64,000 nt of DNA from Azolla caroliniana (Eukaryota > Plantae > Polypodiophyta), in the NCBI GenBank assembly GCA_043228905.1, contig JBHGNT010000004.1, positions 22,630,001 to 22,694,000 on the forward strand, in the 5' to 3' direction. The notes under the pieces are model-generated. The model ran no database searches. It was not told the DNA's origin and saw nothing but the letters and a program-made list of their open reading frames with translations. Shown piece after piece: positions 26,701 to 36,959 of this stretch. The first letter of the stretch is position 1. Each line of letters opens with the position of its first letter. Made by a program: the position numbers and the translations under genes.

Positions 26701-27458
26701 GAGTTTGTCACATAGCTGGCGAGTTGTTTGTCATTCGTCAAATCACTCTTCCACCTTGATGTAAAATTGGTGTTGCTACATTACCAACATTCCAAGTTGT
26801 TTTGATGGTGTACTCTATCATTAACCCCACATGTAGTTCCCATTGCATTCAAACAACCACCTAAGGTGAGTGGTAAACGGTTTATTATGTGAATACATGA
26901 ATATGCTATGAACCCCTCAATTACCTCTTATTTCCTTATGGCAACATGCATATTCAATATGTTTTGAAAGAAATTCTTCTTCTCAACCAACCTAAAGTCA
27001 TTTCACATTTAGGTTTAATGATTCTCATTCATCTAATTCGACTTTATAAAGCATCAAATAGCTTTGACCTTCTCTTCATGAAAATATGCTCACATCATCC
27101 AATTAAAATCATATGCAATTACGAAGAAGTAAAATAAATCACCAATTGCTTTTGCCATCATCTTTCCACATGTGTCAAATTGAACTAGCTCTAGAGGACA
27201 CTTCTGCAAGATAAAGTTTGCATGATGAAGTGATGAACAACTACCTCACAGTCATCATTGCCAACCTTCACATGAATCATAGATTTGGTTAACTTGATGC
27301 ACGTCTTAAAAGGAGATTTGTTAGTCATAACATTTATTGTTCTACTTCAATTTGCTTCATAACTTTAGTTGTTCCTCATCATGACAAACACACGTTGGAT
27401 ATCCCTCAACAATTGGGACAAACATATTTGACTTATCATATGTCAACTCACTCTACTA

Positions 27459-28421
27459 GTAAGGAGCCGTATGTCACCAAACTTATTGTTGACTGAAGAA
27501 AGAGTATGATCCGAAGGTGGAGGTGTGAACCGGAGGCTGGAGAATAATAGATAATTATAGAGAAAATGTATTAGGAAGTGACGGATCCAGATAGTTTTAC
27601 CAATCCGGATCCGCACCGTTTTGTAATCGGATAACCGGATAAGGCATCGTTTTGTACCCATACCAGATGCCTATATAAAGGATCTGGATTGATGTATGAA
27701 TTACGGAAGTAATGTGAGTAATGAGAGTTATATAAGTATTGATTGTATATATTGTGTACTTTCCGTCAATGCTTATCTTTCTTAATCTTACGCGTGTAAT
27801 TCATTGTTAGATATGATATATGTGTTCCGGAACATAACCAAATAGTTATACATATACATAGGCATTAATCCATTTCTCTTACCACACCTTTGGGGATGTA
27901 TTCGGGAAAGGAATACCTTGTGTTTGTGGCTAGAGTCTAGCCCAGGATAAACACATATTTTGGTGACCACGATGTCTACATAGAGCAGGAACACCGGAGG
28001 ATGGATGTCGTCTAGACAGACGAACAACTTAGTTACCGAACGAGCGAGGCGATTAGCCGAAAGACTACGGAGATGAGAAGCATACCAACAAGCAGTTGAG
28101 GAAATCTGGCAGGACCGGTTATTTCCTAGAGAGCTTTGGAGGCTGGGAAGCAACAATTCATAGACGGAGCCAACACCATTCAGACGACGACAACAGTCTT
28201 ATAGATCTGGTCGACGCCGAGTCGCAATTACAAACCCTAGCAACAAGGGTTGGGGACTCGAAAGCCTTTTCGGCAATTGAATTGGGATCGGACAACGACA
28301 CAAACGACGAGCCGAGCGTTCACTCCCATTATCAATCCAATCACGACACTTCGAAGGAAGAAGTTTTCGAGCAGACACCAACACTGGGTTCAGATACCAC
28401 GACCCACGACCCCGACACCAT
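27459..28421 (+). mobile_element. Truncated gypsy element: LTR (~27459-27955), PBS, start of gag
   Basis: LTR shares motifs with the 40924-41358 LTR (GGCAYCGTTTTGTAC, CTATWTAAAGG, CTTACGCRTGT). PBS-like TGGTGACCACGATGT at 27961. Disrupted ORF from ATG 27972. Left boundary uncertain. Confidence 0.6.
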
Positions 28422-28683
28422 TGTTACCCGTAGGAGTGTACAGGGAGGCATAAGGGTGGAACACGTTAAAGTGGTAGTTATGTAGGTGTAATGTATACGA
28501 GTGTGAGTGAGGTGGAATGTGTGTGAACACATGCACAATTATGTGCATGTGTATAACAATCTTTTTTTGTAACGGTCATATTATGTAATCGTTACATTTA
28601 ATGTACTATATAAACCCCTTATAGGGCATGTAATGCAATATACATTTTTCCGTGTCACATTTTGTGTCATTACATTTTTCCAC

Positions 28684-28740
<57 letters not shown>

Positions 28741-28805
28741 ACCACGTGTAATTCCCTTGGGAGGGGGGTGGAGCTATTCTTGGCTTCACCCCCCACCCAT
28801 TAACA
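28422..28805 (+). mobile_element. LTR-like sequence (TGTTAC...TTAACA)
   Basis: TG...CA termini like the family-F LTR, TATA CTATATAAA at ~28606, (CA)n tract. The first ~260 bp are an inverted match to 29910-30148. No TSD found. Confidence 0.55.
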
Positions 28806-29909
28806 CTGGCACACTTGAACCACTGACCCCCTTGAGAAGAAGTACCTCTCTCTCTCTCTCTCTCTACATGTGTCTATTTGTCTCTGTGTTAGAGAGTGTT
28901 GCAGAGCATAACTATGACGAAGTGGTCCAGAAAGATAAGTGATCCATAACTTTTGAAAGTGGAAGGGCTCCACAACAAGTGAGTGTCAGTGGCTCTGATC
29001 AATCCCAGGAGGTCGCGCAAGGTTCACAAAGAGAAGAAGATAAGATGCTCCATAAGCGAGCAAAAGAGCTCTAGTGAACCATTTCTACCATCCTCTTCTG
29101 CCATGACAGGTCAGTTCACTCAGCACGTTGCCTCCTACTCCCTCTGTGATGACACCCGCCCTCCCCACATCTTGCTCCTTGTCTGCTACGTTACTTCATC
29201 ACACACTAAACTTGATTCTCGTGTGGACTCTCTGTGTGAGAGCCAAACTACAATGGAGATCTCAACACTTGGCCCCTTCTTTTTCCCCGCTTGCTTCTTC
29301 TCCTACTCTCAAATCTCCCTTAGCTTCAAGAAGGGCAAGGCCTTGGATTGTTTCCTCACAACCAAACCTGTCCTTTGGTTTTAGACTGCACTTTACCTAC
29401 AAACATTCTTCCTACCCCATCCCATCCATAGCTTATTGATTCCAAGCTTCTCCTTCCTTTGATTCATTCTAATTCCAAACCGCACCCGTTATATCCCTTT
29501 CTCCCCTTAAACCCTATGTTATCCCCTCGATCTGCATCCTCATCTCATCTGAATAGTTCAACATTGGAGGATGACGATCTCTCAAATACCGACATATCCC
29601 ACCAGAAACACATCTTGAATAATCAACCTTTCATCAGATCTCGCCATCACTTCTCTACGCAGCTCGGAAAGGCTTCGTCAATCCGAGTAGAGAACAACTA
29701 TGCAAGACCATCTGCGGAGAACGTCTTCTCGATTTTGATGGCGAGGGCAGCAATAGAGGAAGACCCATGCTTGTTTCCTGTATAAAATGGAAAGCAAGGA
29801 GATATGTTGTTTCCGATGAACAGACCTGTGAGGCAAAAGTGTGAAAAAGCTTCACGAAACCAGGAAGCTTCCATTGAGGGAGGCTACCCGAATTTTCTTT
29901 GATAAGGAG

Positions 29910-30420
29910 TTGGAAAAATGTCACATGCAAATGTGAGCGGGAAAAATGTATATTGCATTACATGCCCCATAAGGGGTTTATATAGTACATCAAATGTAAC
30001 GGTTACATAATATGACTATTACAAAAAAGACCGGTATCCACATGCACATAATTGTGCATGTGTTTTCACACATTCCACCTCACTGACACTCGTATACATT
30101 ACACCTACACAACAACCACTTTAACGTGTTCCACTCCTACAGGTAACACCTAGCATGCCTGTGGGACAGTGCATCGCACGGTGAACCCACTCGCCATGGC
30201 AACTCTTCTTGATCGGAACTCCATCGGTCATCTCAACGGTCAAAAATCCATCAACCAGATCATAGCTCTATGACCGATAACTCCGATTGAAGCTTGCTTG
30301 ACTCAAACCTTCTTGTTCGGTCAACATGTTGCTCGATTGGATCACACACCAATCGGCTCGTCCATTGCGGCACATGTTTAACATTGTATGGCTTGTATGT
30401 GTACTCTTCAATTTCTTCAT
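29910..30420 (-). mobile_element. Partial 3' LTR (30148 leftward) plus adjacent internal end of a family-F-like gypsy
   Basis: Starts TGTTACCTGTAGGAGTG on the minus strand. The flank 30149-30190 is homologous to 41359-41400, next to the 3' LTR of element F. Confidence 0.6.
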
Positions 30421-31189
30421 GTGAAGTGAGTTTTATCCTCGAAGTAGCAAGGTCCATGCTAAACGAGAAGCATATGCCCAAGTCATATTGAGCAGAAGCT
30501 GCAAATATTGTTGTCTACCTCATGAATCGGTGCACAACATATGGAGTGCACGATGTAACCCCACAAGAGAAGTACTATGGAAGGAAACCAGATTTATCCC
30601 ATGTAAGGATATTTGGTTCAATTGCATACGTGCAATTGAACCAAATTGCACAGTCCCGATGAGAAGCGACAGAAGCTTGACCCAAAATCGGAGAAGTGCA
30701 TCCTCGTGGGGTACTCGCTAGAGCAAAAGGGTTACAAGTGCTATAATCCATCTACCCGCAAAGTTCGTGTGAGTCGGAACGTCCTTTTTGATGAGTCGAC
30801 ATCCTGATACAAACTAGAGACGACTTCGACTCCAACCCCAATCGACCCGAACTTCGCCAACCAAGAGATAGAAGAGGAAGATCAACTGAGGCACATGTTC
30901 GAAGAAAGTCCGATCACGACCAAGCTCAGTGGGCCCCAAGAGCCCCCGAGTGACCAAAGCACATCTCGACCAAGTCCGAAGATGGACAAAGGCAAGGCCA
31001 AAATGCCGGAATATGAAGATGATCAATTCGACGACAACGAATCGACTCACTCACTTGACAGTGAATTCAGTGGCTTAGATGTGCCTCTTATGAGGTCACC
31101 CAGAGTTAAGAAAGCACTCACATCGGCAAATGAGAAACTCCGTTGCTCCACCTGAGAGAAGAATTTGGTTAGCCGATTCGGCTACAATG

Positions 31190-31637
31190 TGTCATGATAT
31201 GACAAGACTCGAACCCATGACCTTAGGTTATATGGGTCGAGCTCTTGACCATTATATCATCTATTGTAATACGTAGGATATTATTTTCATTTACATTTTA
31301 TTATAAGAAATTAATGTATATTCTAGATTTCTCTGGAACATTCTAGAAGCTTTAGGATTACTCCTGAGAACACTATAAAAGAGGGCACTAGGCATTATGT
31401 TGAACCAAATTGGTTCAACGCCAGTCTTTAGTCTCATAGCCCTTTTGTACTTACTCTTCTTATAATATATAATCTGTTATCATCATCTCTCTCTCTCTCT
31501 CTCTCCTCTTCTCTCTTCCTCTCTCGGGAGTCTTACGCAGTCCCGACCTCTTAGTTCTAATAGTACTTCCCTTCTCTAGTACTAATTCTCTCTATGTTTA
31601 GTAGTAATCCTCTTTCTGTTTAGTACTATTCCTGACA
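31190..31637 (+). mobile_element. Solo LTR (448 bp)
   Basis: TGTCATGA...TCCTGACA termini, TSD CAATG/CGATG, TATA CTATAAAA at ~31373. It interrupts the copia codons FGYN|DYMAY. Confidence 0.88.
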
Positions 31638-32087
31638 CGATGACTATATGGCATATCACTATGCCTTTATGATGAAGGTGGCGACAATTCAAGAACCGAA
31701 AAGTTTTTCCGAAGCAGCCAAGGATCCACGATGGGTCGAAGCAATGAACAAGGAGATGCAAGCTCTCTCTAAGAATGAGACATGGGATCTCGTCCCCCAC
31801 TTGCCTCACAAGAAGGCAATCATCTGTAGATGGATTTACAAGGTGAAGTATATTATCGACGGCTCTGTCAATCGCTACAAAGCTTGACTCGTAGCGAAAG
31901 GATACACACAAACACATGGAATCGACTATGAAGAGACCTTAAACCCGGTAGCAAAGATGACGACTGTGTGAACTATGATTGCACTTGCAACGGTGAAAGG
32001 GTGGCACCTCCACCAAATGGATGTCCAGAACGCCTTTCTTCAAGGAGAATTAGAAGAAGAGGCGTATATGGTACAACCACCCAACCT

Positions 32088-33409
32088 TGTCGTGAAGATT
32101 TTCGGCAATAGTGTGAAAATCCCATAAAACGTACAAAATTGAGTATAAATCACATAATACAATAATTGTGAAGATAACATTTTAAATAAATTTAATATCT
32201 AAGTACAAAATGATTGAGGTTTCGAATGCACTTTATTACACGAGAAACGGACAACTAAATGTCAAGATATGAGGGTATAAAGTTTGTGAAAGGAAAAGAG
32301 AAAATTGTGAGATATCCCACATAGGCACGACAAATACGGCTCTCATCATATATAAGGTGGAGCAAAAGATATTATCTTTGTGTTTATGTGTGGAGCATAG
32401 AGAGTTCAAGGTAACTCGAACTAAGAGTGGAGGTGGGCTAGCTACTCGTAAAGGGTTTTGGCCAACCAAAACCAGACCGGCGATGGAGCCGGTGATCCGG
32501 CGGCATCCGGTGATGGCACCGGTATTTGGCGACGGCATCCGGTAACCGACGCCAACCAAAACCGGACCGGCGATGGAGCCGGTGATCCGACGGCAATCCG
32601 GCGGCGGCATCCGGTGACGACACCAACCAAAACCGGACCGACGATGGAGCCGGTGATCCGACGGCAATCCGGCGACGGCGAGGCGGCGGCATCCGGTGAT
32701 GGCACCGGTATTTGGCGACGGCATCCGGTAACCGACGCCAACCAAAACCGGACCGGCGATGGAGCCGGTGATCCGACGGCAATCTGGCGACGGCATCCGG
32801 CGAGGCACCGACATCCGACGAACCGACGTCTAGATAAATAAATATATAAATATTATACATATATACATATACAAGGAGGGCAAGGAAGGATTTGAACCTT
32901 GCACCTCCAAGTTAGGAATCAATTGGCTTACCATTAAGCCATGCTGTTTAGTTGAAATTATATTTCTATCATTGTACTTTTACATGTAAATTCTCATACA
33001 TGAGAGCTAAAATGAGTGACATGGTTATCATGCACCACATGTAATACATAAGCGCCAAATGGCAAACATGCAATTTATGCATGTCTTGTACCCTCACATG
33101 CATCATATGCATGAGAGGATCTATAAAAGAAGGAAGGGGGAGGAGAAAAAACACGTTTTTTTTATTATGAAATTAAGAAGAAGAAATTCGTTATCAAATT
33201 GATCGTGTAACTTGTTTCTTAAATCTAAAGTTAAAAGTTCAATCAATCTCTCTCAATCGTTTAATATCAACTTCTCTCTTTCCCAATCTATCTTAAGTAC
33301 TTTCTCGCTAAAGCTTGCGCCAAAGCTTGTACCGACTTTGAATCCTTCCGGTCTAGAACCCTGGCGGTTCCGCCTCACGATCCGCGCGTAGTGACGGATC
33401 TTCACGACA
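32088..33409 (+). mobile_element. Solo LTR of the TGTCGTG gypsy family (1322 bp)
   Basis: 12-bp inverted termini TGTCGTGAAGAT/ATCTTCACGACA and 4-bp flanks ACCT/ACGT. Its 5' end matches the 55143 end of element E. It interrupts the copia RT at QPP|ES. Confidence 0.9.
32460..32820. repeat. GC-rich higher-order tandem array inside the LTR
   Basis: CCAACCAAAACCGGACCGGCGATGGAGCCGGTGATCCG occurs 4 times (~32462, 32552, 32623, 32738), with a ~186-bp higher-order unit. Confidence 0.9.
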
Positions 33410-33789
33410 ACGTTGAATCCAAAATCCATTCGAAAGTAGTCTGCAGATTAAAGAAGCCACTCTACGGCCTTAAGCAAGCACCACGTGCTTGGCACTCGAA
33501 GATAACACAATATCTTCATCGAATCAACTTTACAATGTCAAAATTCGACAGCTCCATCTACATAAGAGGCGATTTTGGAAGTCCAATTGTCATCATCGTA
33601 TACGTGGATGATTTGGTCATTGGAGGTGAAAACTAGTCGACATCAACAAGGTCAAGTCCCTCCTCTCCGACAAATTCGAGATGACGGATATGAAGGAGCT
33701 CCATTACTTCCTTGGCATCAAGGTAATTCAGACTCCGACTAGCATTATGATCTCTCAACGGCACTACATCCTCAACTTGTTATACAAGT

Positions 33790-36210
33790 TGTTGGGAAAC
33801 GAATCATCAATCCACAAGAAAAGGAATATGCTTTAAAAATACACAACTCTAAAACCCAGAAAACAGTGTACACAGATTTAACTTGGAAACCCTAAAACGA
33901 GGAAAACCACGGGAACAGAGATTCCACTATACACGAGAGAGTAAAAGAAAAACGGTTACAATATTCTCTGACACACACAGAGGATAACCCGCTTAGGGTT
34001 CTTAGCAAGTTCATTGAACTTTGCTGCCGCTCTCTCTCATGCTCACACCCTCTCTCTTCTTTGTCACACTATGCTACAAAGGCACACACACTATTATGTT
34101 TTGCTGCATCGCCACGCAAACTGTTTGCCCTAAGTGCATTTATACTTATGCCTTGTATGGGCTATTTACAAATGTAGCCACTGCTAATGTCATTCCTATT
34201 ATTATCTAATATTAATAATAGTCTTACTAATCAACCAACTCATCCATCGACTAGTTGGCCTGGTCATCGACCATCCGGTCGGCCTGACTAGTTGGTCGTG
34301 TCTTCGACCTCGATCAACTCTATCTGAGTCGACTCCTCAACCGTCGGCTCTCATCCGATTAGTCGACTCCTCCCACTGGAGGGACATATTCCTATCAAAC
34401 TCCCCCTTCACTCTTGTGGGGAGGAGTCCGTTATTCATGTCCTCTGTGGACAAACTCTAAGTCAGTCCATCGGTAGGTTCTTTGTCAGCATGTCAGATCC
34501 ATTGTCATCATTATGGATCTTCACGAGGGTAAACTCTCCTTCTTCAACTTTCTCCCATAACTAGTGATACCTTCTCTGTATGTGCTTGGTCTGGGAGTGG
34601 TATGCAGTATTCTTGGCTAGATGTATGACACTCTGGCTATCACAATGAAGCAAGAAATCCCTTTGCTTCATCCCCAACTCGTTGAGAAAGTTTCTCATCC
34701 AAATTAGCTCCTTGCCAGCCTCTAATGCTGCCATGTACTCTGCTTCTGTGGTAGACAAGGCCACAGACTTCTACAGTCGTGACTGCCATGACATTGCTCC
34801 CCCTACATAGGTCATCACGTACCTTGACGTGGATCGGCTTGAGTCTACATCCCCCGACATGTCCGAGTTGGTAAAAACCCTTCGAGCATGGGTTTTCCGA
34901 CACCATACTTAAGACACACAACCAAGGTGCCTTTTAAGTACCTGAGTATCCATTTCACCATTGCCTAGTGTTCTCGTCCTAGAGTACTCATATATCAGCT
35001 TACTGTTCCCACAACAAATTCTATGTCTGGTCTCGTACAAACCATAGCATACATTAAGTTGCCGACGGCTAAGGCATACGATACTTTCTTCATCTCAACC
35101 TTTTCTTTCTCCCTTTTCGGGCATTGCGAGGCATTCATTGTGTAGTTTGTCGGCAACACCGAGCCGACTGGCTTTGCCTCCAACATGTTGAACCTTTCTA
35201 GGATCTTTGTCACATACTTCTGTTGTGACAACCACAACACTTTCTTAGTTCTGTCTCGAACTATGTGCATCCCTAAGATTTGCTTTGCCGGTCCAAGATC
35301 TTTCATGGCAAACGATTTGCCTAGAGCTTTCTTCAAGCTTCCGATCTTTCTTGTATCTTGACCTAATATCAACATGTCGTCTACATATAATAAGAGAACC
35401 AACAATGATCCGCTTGTGTTTTCTAGAACCCATGTTCCACCATGAAGGATTCGAACTTCTTGTACCACTGGCGTGGAGCTTGTTTCAAACCATACAAGCT
35501 TTTCTTCAGTCGACACACCATGTTCTCTTTCCCTTTCTCCTCAAAGCCTTCGAGCTACTGCATGTAGATTTCATCATCCAGCTCCCTGTGTAAGAATGTC
35601 GTCTTGACATCCAAGTGTTCGATCTCCAGATCCATACCGGCAACTATGCTCAGAATAGTTCTAATGGATGTCATCTTCACGACTGGAGCGAATATTTCGT
35701 CAAAGTCGACGCCCTTTTTCTGTTGGAAACCCTTCACCACAATGCGGGCTTTATACCTAGGCGCACTGTCAACTTCTCCCGTCTTCACCTTGTAGACCCA
35801 TTTATTCCTAAGTGCTCTCTTACCTTTCGACAACTCTACTAGGTCGTAAGTATAATTCTCGTGCAAAGAATCCATCTCATCTTGCATCACACTCGGCCAT
35901 TTCTCTCTGTGCTTGTCGGCAGTGGCTTCATCATAACACTGTGTGCTTGTCGGCAATGGCTTCATCAATTAAGAGGATGTATTGACTGGCATATGTCTTT
36001 GTTGCTCTCCTTTCTCTGTCTCAGTATCTCCTTCCACTCATTGTTGGCCCTCGTTTGGATGTCTCTGGCAAATCTTCTCTCGGTTCGTTCATGTCAATCA
36101 GTTGTCGGATGTCCACTGACTCTGATTCATATTCATCGATCAACTTTAACAGATATGCCGACTCAAACTCATTGTCGGTCGGTCTCTCCAAGTCGATTGA
36201 CTCGGATTCA
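33790..36210 (-). mobile_element. 3' half of a Tnt1/Tork-like copia (H): RT-RNase H, PPT, 3' LTR 33790-34397
   Basis: YVDD, KDLGPAKQILGM, ALSTTEAEY, TKHIQRRYH. PPT AGGGGGAGTT abuts the LTR (34398-34407). LTR TGATAGG...CCCAACA. Confidence 0.88.
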
Positions 36211-36959
36211 GCTGTGCAATACTTTTCTTGCCCCTTGATTCCAATCCTTAAATGCTTTGATCTATGCAGCAATTGCATTTTCTTCAGGGATCTCTGGAGC
36301 CTCTTCTAGGTCTCCTTCAATGTAATCCCATTACCCTTTTCCCATTAGGAAATTTGTCATTCTGAATTTCCACGCAGGGAAATTGTCTTTATCCAGTTTC
36401 TCTTTAACTATTTGGCTTCCATTTTCAACATCCATCTCTCTTCCAATTTAGGGCTTTAGTTGCGATTAACTTCAACAAGAAACTCTCTGATTCAGATCAG
36501 CAACTAGAGAAATCTTCTCAAATCTATACAGTTTATTCCTTTTTACGAGCAACTGCGCTCTGATACCATGTTAAGAAGGCGCAACGACTCTTCTTAGTGC
36601 ACATCGGATCGTGATGTGTTGGATTGTTAGTGTGTTCAAGAGAGAAAGGAAATGGGGAAGGAGACTTACCTCTATAGATCCCAAAAACGTTATGTTTCAT
36701 TACACAGAGAAAAAAGCCTCTCTCGTCTGTTTTCTTCTTTTCTTCTTACTTCACTCTCCTACCCACTCTTACTTTTTACCTAAGTATATAAGTCACTTAC
36801 ATATTCAGTTAATTGGTTGTGAGTAGCTAAATAGTTGTGAATAGCTAAATAGTTGTTTTACCTATATGTCTAATAGTAGCTAATTTCCTAATAGCTACTA
36901 TAGAGGATCTCAGTTTACCAATAAGCATCACATGTTTTTGTTGAGCTTGTTTCTTAACA
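36211..36959 (-). mobile_element. 5' half of a different copia: LTR 36569-36959, PBS(iMet), start of gag
   Basis: TGTTAAGAA...TTCTTAACA LTR, TGGTATCAGAGCG at 36568-36556, gag MDVENGSQIVKEKLDKDNFPAWKFRM. This LTR is unrelated to 33790-34397. Confidence 0.85.

Larger units (their letters stand above)
30432..33789 (+). mobile_element. Copia fragment A (integrase C-half to RT), same family as element C, with two solo-LTR insertions
   Basis: [47 protein letters not shown], with many stops. Near-identical in protein to ORF 38894..40177. Confidence 0.9.

Noticed and set aside
28422-30148. Mutator/Pack-MULE or DIRS element
   Set aside because: No 9-bp TSD, no tyrosine recombinase or transposase, and the right flank is gypsy internal sequence.
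32236-32860. Several overlapping 100-190 aa ORFs
   Set aside because: By-products of the stop-poor GC-rich tandem array in an LTR.
32088-33409. DNA transposon interpretation (12-bp TIRs) or 6-bp TSD AACCTT/AACGTT
   Set aside because: The homologous sequence at 54244-55143 is followed by PBS and gag, so it is an LTR. TG...CA termini with 4-bp flanks fit all four copies.
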